Positions 1-13,946 of a DNA stretch of 64,000 bases are shown here, piece by piece. Origin of the DNA: Octopus vulgaris (lineage: Eukaryota); assembly GCA_951406725.2 (NCBI GenBank), contig OX597831.1, positions 55,924,001 to 55,988,000 of the forward strand. The letters run 5' to 3'. The position numbers and the translations under genes were made by a program. Position 1 is the stretch's first letter. Each line of letters opens with the position of its first letter. The notes below the pieces were generated by a model, which was not told the origin of the DNA, ran no database searches, and was given only the letters and a program-made list of their open reading frames with translations.

Positions 1-383
1 GTATCTATGCGTGCATGCGTGTGTGTGTGTTTGGATTTGTAGGTTTGAGGAAAGAATACTCGATACAGATGTAGAGTGTAATTATTTTTTCTTATGCTGT
101 TTCTATTCATATTTCCCTTGTCACTGATCACGTAACTGAATTCTGAAACATAAAATACTCTATTTATAACAAAAACAATAGAGGTGGGTAGTCAATGAAA
201 TTTTGAAAAGTATAAAAGAAATATTTTTATCTTTTACATGTTTCCGTCATTGAACTGCGGCGATGCTGGAGCACCTAATCGGAAAAATATGCTCTTGCCG
301 CAGAGTCAATCGTAGAATGACTAAATATGTATGCGTCGTGGATTTCAAATTATTTTAAATATCCTTGATTGTAAAATTCCTGT

Positions 384-475
384 ATTCATCTGCAGAAAAT
401 GGGGGTTTTTTTATAATGATATAATGTACTCATTGATCAATATTAAAAAATTCGTTAGAAACGGCTGTAATGAAT
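384..475 (+). ncRNA. Type I hammerhead-like motif with long stem II, core mutated
   Basis: ATTCAT-CTGCAGA-(about 60 nt imperfect hairpin)-GAA-ACGGCTGT-A-ATGAAT. Stem I is 6 bp, triplet GUA, A6>C in the core. Confidence 0.6.
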
Positions 476-520
476 TGACACCTATCCATCAGTAGTTATA
501 TATGTGTGTATATATATAGA

Positions 521-801
521 GGAAGCACTCCGTCGGTTACGACGATGAGGGTTCCGGTTGATCCGAATCAACGGAACAGCCTGCTCGTGAAATTAACGTG
601 TAAGTGGCTGAGCACTCCACAGACACGTGCACCCTTAACGTAGTTCTCGGGGATATTCAGCGTGACTGAGAGAGTGACAAGGCCGGCCCCTTGAAATATA
701 CAGGTACAACAGAAACAGGAAGTAAGAGTGAGAGAAAGTTGTGGTGAAAGAGTACAGCAGGGATCACCACCATCCCCTGCCGGAGCCTTGTGGAGCTTTT
801 T
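521..801 (-). mobile_element. SINE family A body with an alternative 3' tail (5' truncated)
   Basis: Reverse complement of AAAGCTCCAC.AGGCTCCGGCAGGGG..GGTGATCCCTGCTGTACTCTTTC, shared with 37950-38242. A degenerate copy of the tail lies at about 25279-25450. Confidence 0.75.
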
Positions 802-1307
802 TAGTATATATATATACACACAGACTCACACACACGAACACTTATGTATGTATATATATATTTTTTTATTCTTACACATGTTTCAGTCCTAAGGCAGTGG
901 ACACGATGCCAGGATGCAGCCGTTTACTTAACATGCAGGAATTGAACACCAATGCTGTATATCTTAAATTACCTCTAACGAGATTCACCTTTCAATTAAT
1001 ATTTAATTTTATTAATTAATTTTCTGAAGGTCTTGAATTGAAACAGCTGTAAGGGATGTTTGTCAGTTTTTAAATTAATAAATAATAATGTATCAATTAT
1101 CTCTCTATTTTCTTAGCTTGTTATGATAAATGAATATAAACCATGGTTTATATAGTTAATGTAACTAATCAGTACTTTCATAGGATTTTGCTATCTCTCA
1201 ATAAGGTTTGTAACCTTTATTTGCACTTACACACACACACACACATACGCACGCACACACACACACACATATATGCATCCTGCATTTTGCTGATGTTTGA
1301 GTATGTG

Positions 1308-1385
<78 letters not shown>

Positions 1386-1456
1386 CATATACATATACAT
1401 ATGTATATACATATACATATGTATATACATATATACATATATATATACATATATAT

Positions 1457-1512
<56 letters not shown>

Positions 1513-1550
1513 AGGGGAGATAAGCACCTCCACCCAGAAAAACCAGCAAT

Positions 1551-1589
1551 CAGAGACTAGTTTCAGTGTCATTACTCTTCATCGGTCTG
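1551..1589 (-). ncRNA. Minimal type I hammerhead motif (Penelope pLTR type)
   Basis: Minus strand CAGA-CCGATGA-AGAGTaatgACACT-GAA-ACTAGT-C-TCTG. Palindromic stem III, GUC triplet, U4>C variant, lies between (AT)n tracts. Confidence 0.7.
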
Positions 1590-1675
1590 GAGTAGCTTGG
1601 CTTGCTAGCTGTCGATGCTTAGTCACCTTTGAAAACACACGGCCTCATTAAATTCAAGTGAAATAAATTCACTGA

Positions 1676-1731
<56 letters not shown>

Positions 1732-1755
1732 CATGTGTATATATATATTTATATG

Positions 1756-1912
<157 letters not shown>

Positions 1913-1924
1913 TGTATGTATGTG

Positions 1925-1962
<38 letters not shown>

Positions 1963-2039
1963 TACCTTTTTTTTTCTTGAAAATCGCTGCGTACTGACAG
2001 ATGATGGCTCGCGGACCGGCACCGGTCCGCAGACGACTA

Positions 2040-3200
2040 CTTTGAGTAGGACTGGTCTAAATTACTCAAAAATGAAAATACCACTGACATCTCTTTTTAA
2101 CAGATATATTTACCGAAATTGCATAAAAATATCTTGAAATACTAAAGAGAAATTTTGTTCAATAAAATTGCCATTGACTTCAACCTCGGCCTCCAGGCGA
2201 CTTCGGAATCTCCTGCAACTCTTCTGGGCGGTCTCTCTGTTTAAGTTCTTGAAGGCTGCCATAATCCTTGCCTTCAATTCATCTTTGATGTTACAAGGAG
2301 TTTTGTTAGTTTTTCGCTCAACTGCGCTCCACACATAATCGAGGGGGTCGCAGTCAGGAGAGTTAGGTGGCCAGAAGTTAGGGCCGATGTGATTGCAGAA
2401 ATAGTCTGACAGCCATGACTGGGTTCTCCTGTTTGTGTGGCATGATGCAGAGTCCTGTTGCCAGACCAGTCCAGCAGCCACCGTCTTGACCCAGGGCAGC
2501 ACTACCTCCTCCAGGCACTTGATGAGGCCGGGTGGGAAGATGAATGTAGGCATAACGTCGCAATCACAAGTGATCACTCCAAACACCATGATGTTGACTG
2601 GATGTTTGATTTTTATAACTCTCGGTACATGTTTTGGGGTCACGACAAACCAACGGTTGTTTTGTGTGTTCACCATCTGAACCTGGCAGAAATTTTTCTC
2701 GTCTGAGAAAAACCAAAGCACGTTTGGTTAGCGGGAATGCTTGAGTTTGTACAAAAATTTCGTAGCGCGGTCTTTCCTCTTGTCCTTCATGGCATGGGAT
2801 TAAGATTGGCCCCTTCTCATCTAGTATGAGAAATACTGAATGTCTTCATGCACTTACCTGCCCGATAAGAAACTCAGACACTACCATGTCCCTGGCGATG
2901 AACCTGATTGACTTGGAGAGATCGTTATCAAGCATGGCCTGGATCTCACCAACAAATTTAGCAGCTTTTCTTATCAGAACGATCAGAGTGAGTTTTCCGA
3001 GCTTCTGTACCGTCGTAATCACCATTAGACTCATCCAACTCTTTCCGAATCCTCTGCACTGTTTGTTTCTATGGATCAAGGTATTTCTTGTATGCTTTTT
3101 CCGGAGATGGATCCTCTACGAAAGTTTTCCATCGAGAAATTACGGCATTATTATTTCAATTTTCATTTTGTATTTTTCATTTACGAATTTCTTTTCTGTA
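2040..3200 (-). mobile_element. Degenerate Tc1/mariner transposon, maT/Bmmar1 (DD37D) family
   Basis: ORF 2110-2721 has FSDEK, WQQDSA and WPPNSPDCDPLDY with 37 residues between the 2nd and 3rd Asp. An HTH-like fragment lies at 2846-3079. Reading frame is disrupted and ends are approximate. Confidence 0.9.
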
Positions 3201-3929
3201 TCGTTTTCCAAATTATGATTATAAAGCATGTCTTTATAAATGAAAAGTCAATTCGAAACACGTTTTAAAATTTAACAATATTTTTTCAAACTCTGTAAAT
3301 AATTGACAAATATTCTCACTTCTTCGTTCTCTTACTTCTTTATTTCTTTACTATTGTAGTTTTCTTAGTATAAATTGCTGTTTGAATGCAACCTATGATA
3401 CTTTTTGCTTATTCGGTTGATTTTAGTTTACATTTTTATACTCTTTTGTATACGCAATCAGACATTTACTATTTATGCGATTGTTATCTTTACAAAGTCA
3501 TCCAACCAAAGCTTTTTTGTTTGTTTAATTTTTGCCTTCTTAATACTTTTTTTTTTAATGGTTCACTATTTCATTGCTTAGACCTCGTTCGAGAATCGGA
3601 GACATGAAACCCAGAATTACGCAGTTTGAAGCTTCTAATTAGTAAATACAAATATTTGACACTTTATTTTAAGTATCAACTACATTCTTTTCGTCTTCTT
3701 GATTACACTGAAGTTTTGCATTCAACTGCTTCGATGCAAACACACACACGCACATGTACACGCACACACACACGCACACACACACAGATACATACACACA
3801 TACACACACGAGCACGCACACACACGGACACGCACACGCATATCTCTACATAACTATAATATATCGCTATAAATCTGCCAGCTTGTCTATCTATCTATAA
3901 ATCTATTTCTATGAGTATATTTCTGCTCG

Positions 3930-3968
<39 letters not shown>

Positions 3969-4085
3969 GTGTGGGTGGGTGTTTGTGTGTGTGTACGTGT
4001 ATGTGTGTGAACAGATCCACACTTACCTATAAGTATTCTCATAAATGTTTACACACGTCGCATTAACAACACACTCATGTAAAAG

Positions 4086-4165
<80 letters not shown>

Positions 4166-4622
4166 GTCTTTTAGTACCTTATTATTTAACACACTCACCG
4201 GTAAAATTTCCACTTATTTCGTCTTTTTATTTTCCTAAAATTTTCTTTGCGTCTTGGAACCTTTTCAATAGTCTTGAGTCAAGACTATGTAATATATGAA
4301 ATATATTTAATATAAAGAAATTATACGTATGATTATTATTTAAAAATACATGTTGAAAGAATAGCAGACATGATAAAAATATTTAATAAGATGTAACAGA
4401 ATAGCTAATAAAATTACATATCTAATAATACAGATAATAAAATACATCATAAATTTCTTATACATGCTTGTCTGTACACACACACACACACACATACACA
4501 TTAACTTTTATAGTTTTATGCTCTTATGCGTTTAGTTATTTCCGTCATTGGCCGCAGCCATACATATGTATTTATACATACATACATATATACATACATA
4601 CATACATACATATATATATATA

Positions 4623-4666
<44 letters not shown>

Positions 4667-4704
4667 TTATACATATATACATACATACATACATACATAT
4701 AAAC

Positions 4705-4796
<92 letters not shown>

Positions 4797-4825
4797 GTAT
4801 ATATGTATAAATATATATACATATG

Positions 4826-4896
<71 letters not shown>

Positions 4897-4898
<2 letters not shown>

Positions 4899-6056
4899 AG
4901 TAAATTGGGAGAATGGCTTCATGACTTTCTGAAGGATAGAAGTCAGGGGCCACTTCCATTAACACGCAAATAGTGAGCGGTGTTCCGCAAGGCACTGTTT
5001 TGGGACCACTACTGTTCATAATGGCCCTCTCAGACATGCCCTCAGCCACGCAGAGAGCCACGATCACAACTTATGCAGATGATACAAAAGTTTCACAGGC
5101 AATACAGAACCCTGAAGACACTATGCACCTGCAATGTGAGCTGGACAAAATATACAAGTGGGCTGAAAAGAATAGCATGCAGTTCAATGCTGAAAAGTTT
5201 CAAGCTTTATGCTATCAGCATGCAAAACTAAATGCAATACCCAATAAATACACTGGACCTGGAGGGATTGCAATCCCAGAGGCACAATCAGTGCGAGACC
5301 TGGGTATTTACATGAGTGATGATGCAACCTTTCATGTGCATGTTGCTAAATTGGCAATGAAATGTAGGCGGCTGACCGGATGGATTCTTAGAACCTTTAG
5401 AACAAGAGAACAAGAAACCATGATGGTCCTCTAGGACACTTGTCCTAAGCCACTTTGACTATTGCTCTTAGCTATGGTCACCATACAGTGTCAAGTTAAT
5501 CACAGAACTTGAGACGATCCAACGAAGCTACATGAAGAAGATAGCCTCTGTGCAGCATATAAGCTATTGGGAAAGACTCAAGAGATTGAGACTCTATTCC
5601 TTAGAGCGTAGGCGAGAAAGATATGTCATAATATACATCTGGAAGATCCTAGAAGGACTTGTCCCAAACTTTGGCATCGAGAGTTACACAAATGCCAGAA
5701 CTGGGCGCCACTGCATAGTGCCAAGGACTCCAAATTTGCCATCAAGATGTAGGACAAGATACTGCGATAGCCTGGGCTTCCGAGGCCCACAGCTCTTCAA
5801 TATCCTCCCGAAGAATCTAAGAGACCTGCATGGGGTGGATGCAGATGTCTTTAAAATAAAACTGGATCTTTTCTTGTCAGGTGTCCCAGATGAACCAACT
5901 TCACGGCAGGAGGTGCAGATGAGGGCAGCTGCATCGAACTCTCTCATGCACCAAATGGCAATTGCTAAAAAGCATTCGTGAAGTAAAATCATGTAGCAAC
6001 ACCAAATGGCGGTGCCCCAGCATGGCCACAGCTTGTGAGCTGAAACTAGATAAAAA
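4897..6056 (+). mobile_element. 5'-truncated CR1/L2-group LINE (RT and C-terminal part, inactivated) inside (AT)n
   Basis: [52 protein letters not shown]. Premature stops near 5432-5470. 3' stem-loop tail GGCGGTGCCCCAGCATGGCCACAGCTTGTGAGCTGAAAC. Confidence 0.92.
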
Positions 6057-7162
6057 TATATATATATATTGTTAGAATACGACTGTACGTAAGGTGTTTG
6101 GTGACATATTTCTCCTCTTGTACGCCGCACAGCCGCATCCCAACATAACATATTAATAATATAAGCCATAATACATATATATATTATGCAGTGCCAATGT
6201 AAATGAATAAAGGACGCCAAAACCTTTCTACTTTTATAAAAAGAAGATAGATTTTATTCACAGTGTACAAAGTGAGTTGTGATTACTAGCGTAGTCTTCT
6301 GGTATGAATGCATGCGTATAGTATTTGTGTATGTGTGTGTGTTCGTGTGTGCGACAGAAGGTACAGATAACGGTGCATGCGAATACAACAGAAATACAGA
6401 GCATAAGAGAAGTCTCAACATATTGAGTTAAGATAGAGTTATTTTACCAGTTCATGTAGTACACGATAATAAGTTCTATAACAAGATTTGGGTCTCGAAG
6501 TGGAGATTAGTTGAGTCACTTGTTGTGCATGTTTCTCTTGATATAGATGTTCTTTCAGATATATATACCGCAACTGTTTTTCCGTGGTGATAGTTTCACA
6601 CAAACAGCGTGAGTTGAATCTGTGTATTTATCTTGTTTTGTACAAGTTGAAATCTTCGGAGATGGAGACGACGCTGGTGATGACGTTCTGCCTGCCGCTG
6701 GTATACAATAGCGTCTTCATAGTATGATTTGACTGTTGTCTGTCTTTCGAACTGGAACATGGTTGAGTAAGCTCTGTGTGGTCTCCGACCAGACCTTAGA
6801 AGGTCTTAAGCCGAAAGACGGTGAATCGTGGAATAATCAGCCTATTTATGGATTGAAGATGGCTCAATTGAAATATCCTATCCGAAAGCCGTGATTGGTC
6901 AGTTTACACACTGGCGCGAAATAAGTAGAGAGACAGACCGCGCTTAGATGCTAACCAATCAGATCAGTGGACACAACAAGGTTAAACTAGCCAAATATGT
7001 TTGTAATCTCAAACGAGATAATTCCTAATGTTTTTCTCAAACAGTGAAGATAGCAATGAAGATAGCAATATTGCTACAATATATACACACACACACATAT
7101 GTGTGTGTGTATTTATATGTCTATCTATCAAACTATCTATCTGTCAGTATGTGTGCGTGCGT

Positions 7163-7242
<80 letters not shown>

Positions 7243-7387
7243 GTGTCTGGATGCATGAGTATATGTGTGTAACGTGAAACTCTAGTAATAGTTACTCCGA
7301 GTTTGTTGATTACATATCCAAAGATCGGAATCATACCCATACACATATCTACTTATACATATATATACATATAGGTATATATATATG

Positions 7388-7450
<63 letters not shown>

Positions 7451-7452
7451 AG

Positions 7453-7576
<124 letters not shown>

Positions 7577-7598
7577 GTATATATATATATATATATAC

Positions 7599-7651
<53 letters not shown>

Positions 7652-8530
7652 CATACATACATACATACATATACGTATATACATATGCATATATACATGC
7701 ATGCACAAATACATATTTATCAGATCACTCATGAGGTAACATGTAGCCCTTCACAACCTGTTGTGTGGTTGAGTTGACACCACCAAGACTGCTTGATGAG
7801 AAAGCAGACTTTTGGACACACAGCGAGATAAAAAAAAAAAAAGAAACGTGTTGAAGAGCGGCTGAACTCATGAGTGTCAACAGGAAGTATGCGCGAAAAA
7901 AGTTATGCTTCTTCCAAATCCCTACTGCGATTGTCGGTATCTTGCAACGTTGGAACCTTGAATACCAGTCATAGAGAAACTTTTTCAGGCACGCTTTACG
8001 AAAAATTAGCTTGAATTTCTTTTAGTAGTGCAGCACTCCTGATTACGAGTCATTTCTTATGTGGCCCACCTCCCGAAAATGGTTGACCATGCCTGCTCTA
8101 TATGGTTGCTTGACCCGTAATAAATAACAGCTAAGTCTCTTTCAAATCACACACTACCAGCTTGTTTTTAAAATAACGACAAAAGTCTTAGATAACATGG
8201 TCCTAGATATATGTCAAAGAAAATAAAGTGAGATGATGATGGTTGAACTTCCGGTTATCATGTTTACTGGATCCGGGTTGGCTCGGGGCTAAATGACAGG
8301 AATAACAGCATCTTCTAGCTTTTACTTGTCATTAATCAATCAAGTTATTGATCCGCGGCCATACTGTGGCACCGCCTTGGAGGATTTAAGTCGAACAAAT
8401 CGACCCTAGTACATATCTTTTTTTACTTATTCCTTCGGTTTTTACTGCCGAACCGCTAAGTTACAGACACGTAAGAAAACCAACACCGGAGTGGAGGGCG
8501 ACAAAAATAAACATGTATATACAATAGAAA

Positions 8531-8581
<51 letters not shown>

Positions 8582-8600
8582 TATATATATATATACATAC

Positions 8601-8634
<34 letters not shown>

Positions 8635-8902
8635 GGGGAGAGAGAGAGAGAGCACTAAGAAAATGGAGGGGATCAATAGGGGATTCATCAACTTTTAGAT
8701 ATTATATTATGTCAACTTATTTATTTACTAAAATGACAATTACAAGAATATACATACATGTATAACATTATGCTTTACATATAAAATATATTAATATATA
8801 AAGATAAATTAAAAAAAAACACTTGTGTATTAATAAATAGGTATTCTACCAGCAGTATATTGTATTATCCCTTGGTTGGATTCACAACCTCTAACTTTCT
8901 TG

Positions 8903-8943
<41 letters not shown>

Positions 8944-9005
8944 AAATGGGAGAAGAACGCAAAACATTCAGAAGACGATACAAAAAACACGGACGGGTCA
9001 TTCGA

Positions 9006-9071
9006 AGCCTTCAATCTTCAGTCAAGAACCGGATCATCCTCGCAATTTCGGCTGATTAATCTTGAGATTGC
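9006..9071 (-). ncRNA. Non-circularly permuted hammerhead motif, version 1, copy 1
   Basis: Minus strand GCAAT-C-TCAAGA-ttaatc-AGCC-GAA-ATTGC-(14 nt)-TCTTGA-CTGAAGA-ttgaa-GGCT. Stem III 5 bp, stem I 6 bp, AUC triplet. Host element spans about 8940-9130. Confidence 0.75.
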
Positions 9072-9147
9072 TCCAATCTGGCCAGCCCCAAGGAAAAACT
9101 AAGCTAAGAGCATTAGATTCTTTGGAAAAAAAAATTTATATATATAT

Positions 9148-9213
9148 GCGGTGCCCCAGCATGGCCACAGCTCATTAGCTGAAACTGGAAAAATCAAAAT
9201 CAAAAATCAAATC
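9148..9213 (+). mobile_element. Extreme 3' tail fragment of the CR1/L2-group LINE
   Basis: GCGGTGCCCCAGCATGGCCACAGCTCATTAGCTGAAAC followed by an (AAATC)n-like tail. Matches 6008-6047. Confidence 0.75.
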
Positions 9214-9245
<32 letters not shown>

Positions 9246-9683
9246 CAGGCTTTCAATTCCCGCTAACGGAATTGACTCACAAGGCATAGGTCCACGTTGG
9301 TCTACAGCGGGAGAGTGAACCGGAAACCACGAAGTTGCTAGGCGAGCTTCTTAACCACACGGCCAAACCTATGCCTATAAATAAAATGAATTTAAATTCC
9401 AATCTAAATATTTTCCTCACCCAGTCAGCTTGCGAGGGCTAATATGAGGTAGCATAAAAATAGCTGACATCAGGACATAGATTCTCGGAGAGGGGGGGTG
9501 TTGTTTGTTAGTAAAGTGGGGGTAGGGGTTAAAAATAAATTAACAAAAATAAAAATATATGAAAACATAAAATCGTCCGACATTTCCTTTGGCAACTCAC
9601 GTTTCAGCAGGAAAAAAAAAGCAAAAAAAACCTTATCTTCAGTATTCAAATGATGAACTATTTTGTGACGTTGAAGTAGAAAT

Positions 9684-9732
<49 letters not shown>

Positions 9733-9867
9733 AGTGTGTGAATGTGTATGTGCATGTGCGTACATGTGTGTGTGAATGCATGTGGCTGTATAAATGTAGA
9801 AGAAAGTATGTTTACATACACAACACATTCGCGCGCACACGCTTACACATACAAACGCACGCACACA

Positions 9868-9959
<92 letters not shown>

Positions 9960-10489
9960 TCACATACATGCACATATGTAAATGTATACATGTGTATGCA
10001 TGTATGTATGCCTACCTGTCTGTCTGTGTGTATTACTACGCACACGCGCACACACACCCACACACACATACATTCATACAGATAGGCAGGCAGGCAGGCA
10101 GACAGACAGACAGACAGACGGACGCACGGGCGGACAGACAGATAGACAAACAGATAGACGGACGGACGGACGGATGGTCGGACGGACGGGCGGACGGACG
10201 AACCGACGGATGGATGGATGGATGGATGGATGGATATTTTATATATTTATTCATAAATTATTTACATTTTGCATTCAGGCTGCACAGCAGAGTAATCTTG
10301 CCTTCAGATGCCATGCTGGGAATTCAACAATCTCGGTGCTTTCCGGTCATATCTTTTCCTCCAGGTGTCAACCAGGATTAATACTACCCAAGAATGTCCG
10401 TGATATTTTATCCTCTTTTATCTTAAGACAGTGCCCATGGCTGGACTCTGTTTTAAAGGGTTTCAGTTGAAGGAATTGACCCCATTACA

Positions 10490-10797
10490 CCTTCCCTTCG
10501 ACTTACGACCGAGTTCCGTTCCGACTGACAGGTTGGAAGTTGATCTGGTCGTATGTCGAATTTATATTTTTCAACACTGTTTTCATTCAAATGCAACTGA
10601 TGCTTGAAAGCGACTGACTGAGAGACAGTGGCAGGCAGCGGATGCCTGGGTCTGAGGGAGGCATGCGTTGTCAGATGCTGCCATAGTTAGCGTAGCTGCC
10701 CAACGTCCGAAAATCGATTATTTATTTACTTACTTATTTATTGTGGTCGTAAGTGTGGATGGTTGTAAGTCGCATAGGTCGTAAGTCGAGGAGATGC
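10490..10797. mobile_element. Tigger/pogo-like MITE
   Basis: Terminal inverted repeats TTCGACTTACGACC / GGTCGTAAGTCGAG with subterminal GTCGTAAGT repeats. Confidence 0.6.
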
Positions 10798-10828
10798 ACT
10801 TATGTTTTAAGTCTGGTACTTATTCACA

Positions 10829-10893
<65 letters not shown>

Positions 10894-11239
10894 ACACACA
10901 AGATTGGCTTCTTTTAGTTTCTCTCTGAATCTTCTGACCAGGCTTTGGTCGCACCGGGACAATAATTGAAGAAACTTAGCAAAGGTCCGCCAGTGAGAAT
11001 GAACCCAAGACCACATGGTTGGGAAACAAGTTACTTAACAACACATCCATGACTGCACCTCTGTGCGTGCGCGCGTGCGCGTGTTTATGAAGGCGCGTGA
11101 CCTAGTGGCTAGAGTGTTGCACTCAATTTCTAGATCGTGGGTTTGATTCCAGGACGAGCAGCGCATCGCATTTTGGAACAAAATACTTCATTTCCGACAT
11201 ACATAAGCAGTCCTGCCAACCTGCTGCAGTGTTTAAAAC

Positions 11240-11390
11240 TTGATAGCTTGTAATAGAAATAGGATATCCAATCTCTTTCCTTCTAAAGAAATTTTTCACT
11301 GTGCAGCCTCCTACTATACCAATGTCCTAGCTAACAGTGGTTTCAAAGATAAGATATATTACAGCCCTTCTAGTAATTATACGAATCATA
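11240..11390 (+). pseudogene. Penelope-like element RT thumb fragment
   Basis: NRISNLFPSKEIFHCAASYYTNVLANSGFKDKIYY resembles the RLS..SSNE.IF..A..YY..AL..SG pattern of the PLE family also seen at 31.7-32.9 kb. Confidence 0.6.
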
Positions 11391-11563
11391 GCAAGAAATA
11401 TAAGATGATCCTCACAGGAGAGGCTTCTTATTTAATTAAATGATGACGATGAATGTAGCTACTTCAAAGTGAACTTTAAAATAGTTCATCACCTTCATTT
11501 AATTAAAAAAAATATATTACATGATGATATATGACGTGTGTGGGCGAGGAGTAAATTTGTGTG

Positions 11564-11596
<33 letters not shown>

Positions 11597-11617
11597 CAGA
11601 GATAGAGAGAGAGAGAG

Positions 11618-11685
<68 letters not shown>

Positions 11686-11778
11686 TGTGTGTATGTGTGT
11701 GTTAGGATTCAACAAGATTCAGCACAAAACTATTGCTACCACATCAATCACTATATCATATATATGTATACATACATT

Positions 11779-13190
11779 CAAGGTGCATTCCAGAAGTTTT
11801 TAAACTTTTTTAAAGGAGATATTTATTTAACTTCAATGAAGTACTAAACCCTGATCTCTTTCAAAATAAGACCCTCCAACTTCAATGCACTAGTTGCAGC
11901 GCTCCAGTCACTTCATGAAAACCCCATATAAATCTCCCAAAGTGAAGGTGTTCAGGACCCTCGTCACAGCCTCCACCATCGTCAAAACGATCGCCTCTGA
12001 AGTTCTCCTTCAAATTGAGGAACAACAATAGGTCACAAGGAGCAAGGTCTGGACTGTAGGAAGGGAGAGGAACAGTTTTGATATCCATTCTTGTCAAATA
12101 GTTAGTTACCGGAATGGAATTGTGAACTGGTGCATTGTCCTGGTGCAGGTGTTCTGAACTTTTGCGTCGAAATCTCTTCATTTTTTTTTTCATTTTTATT
12201 TTCATCTAGTTTCAGCTCACGAGCAGTGGCCATGCAGGGACACCACCATTCGGTGTTGCTACGTGATTTTACTTCACGAATGCTTTTTAGCAATTGACAT
12301 TTGGTGCATGAGAGAGTTTGATGCAGCTGCCCTCATCTGCACCTCCTGCCGTGAAGTTGGTTCATCTGGGACACTTGACAGGAAGAGATCCAGCTTTATT
12401 TTAAAGACATCCGCATCCACCCCATGCAGGTCTCTCAGGTCCTTCGGGAGGATATTGAAGAGCTGTGGACCTCTGAAGCCCAGGCTATCACAGTATCTTG
12501 CCCTACATCTTGATTGCAAATTTGGAGTCCTTGGCACTATGCAGTGGCGCCCAGTTCTAGTATTTGTGTAGCTCTCGATGCCAAAGTTTGGGACAAGTCC
12601 TTCCAGGATCTTCCAGATGTATATTATGGCATATCTTTCTCGCCTACGCTCTAAGGAATAGAGTCTTAATCTCTTGAGTCTTTCCCAATAGCTTATATGC
12701 TGCATAGCGGTTACCTTCGTGTAGCTTCGTTGGATTGCCTCAAGTTCTGTGATTAATTTGACACTGGCTGGTGACCATAGCTGAGAGCAATAGTCAAAGT
12801 GGCTTAGGACAAGTGTCCTCCAGAGGACCATCATGGTTTCCTGGTCTCTTGTTCAAAAAGCTCTAAGAATCCAAACTAAATTCCTGAACTAAATTCAAGA
12901 CTTCCGCTAAGTACTCATTGTTGACCATACGTCTAGAAAGAATCCAGCGGATATAGATGGTGCCGTTGCTGACGAGGAAGGGTTTTATCATGAACTTCCC
13001 AGTGAACTTTATTTTCCCGGACTCTTCTACTAGAGAAAAAACATGCTAACCTCATAAAATTTATCAATGAAAAGTCTCGAGCATTTCATGAGTTTCTGTA
13101 GCGATTTTTGCCCCAACACAAAACTTTATTGCATTAAGACTTCCCAAATTATTTCACGTCTCGACTGCATTCTGCAAACTAGTCACCTTT
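11779..13190 (-). mobile_element. Degenerate mariner (DD34D) transposon interrupted by a LINE
   Basis: HQDNAPVH...YSPDLAPCD at about 12030-12150. The upstream part (GTIYIRW..MVNNEYLAEVL) resumes after 12876. The end CAAGGTGCATTCCAGAAGTTTT recurs at 48764. Confidence 0.85.
12185..12875 (-). mobile_element. 5'-truncated CR1/L2-group LINE, same family as 4897-6056
   Basis: ORF 12274-12834 is near-identical to the translation of about 5420-5981 and has the same 3' tail. Confidence 0.92.
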
Positions 13191-13284
13191 AAAAAGCAGT
13201 GTCTAGTGGGGGGGGGGTCGAAGTGCTGTTACAGCACTTATGGAGTAACGAAAGCTGACAAGACGGCTATAACTACCTTCGCGG

Positions 13285-13460
13285 TTCGATTCCTAGAACG
13301 GGCGTTGTGAGTGTTTATTGAGCGAAAACACCTAAAGCTCCACGAGGCTCTGGCAGGTGGGGGCGATCCCTGCTGTACTCTTTCGCCACAACTTTCTCTC
13401 ACTCTTTCTTCTGTTGGCTTGCTCGATTAGCCAGCGGGGTGGCATCATTTGAAGGCAAAA
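13285..13460 (+). mobile_element. SINE family A, partial
   Basis: B-box GTTCGATTCC and body match 37950-38242. Confidence 0.75.
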
Positions 13461-13946
13461 TATATATTCCTCCAATCTGGCCAGCCCCAAGGAAAAACTA
13501 AGCTAAGAGCATTAGATTCCTTGGAAAAAAGCTTCGAATGTATACGAAACAAGGACGGAAAAACGGACGATGTTACACGAATATAAATACAAAAATAATA
13601 CAAAAAAAGCAATAATAATAATAATGACAACAGGGCATCACAACATGCGTCTTTCGACTGGAGACGAATTGAATTCAGCCGGCGTGTTAGGAATTAAGCC
13701 TTTGCGGCAGAGGAAAAATGTCGATGTGACAGCGACCGCTGCCAAACCCAAAAAGGCCTGTAGTCGGCTAACGGTCACGTGAGAAGAGAAGAGAGTGTGT
13801 TGTAGAAGTCGTACAAAGTTTAGTGAAATGTGTACTTACATATAAGAGAACAAAGTGTATGTACGCCGCTATATATATATATATATATATATAAATACAA
13901 AATGAGACAAGAACGCAAAACATCCAGAAGACGTTACAAAAAACAC

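Noticed and set aside
540-600. CGATGAG-hairpin-CTCGTGAAA in a SINE tail
   Set aside because: The core does not match CUGANGA/GAAA spacing and there is no stem I or III.
1015-1056. CTGAAGG...GAAACAGCTGTA hammerhead remnant
   Set aside because: Stem II is absent and stem I is weak. Counted only as a decayed motif.
6450-6770. Minus-strand peptide-like stretch MFQFERQTTVKSYYEDA, possibly a retroelement N-terminus
   Set aside because: Short, interrupted and no motif I can identify with confidence.
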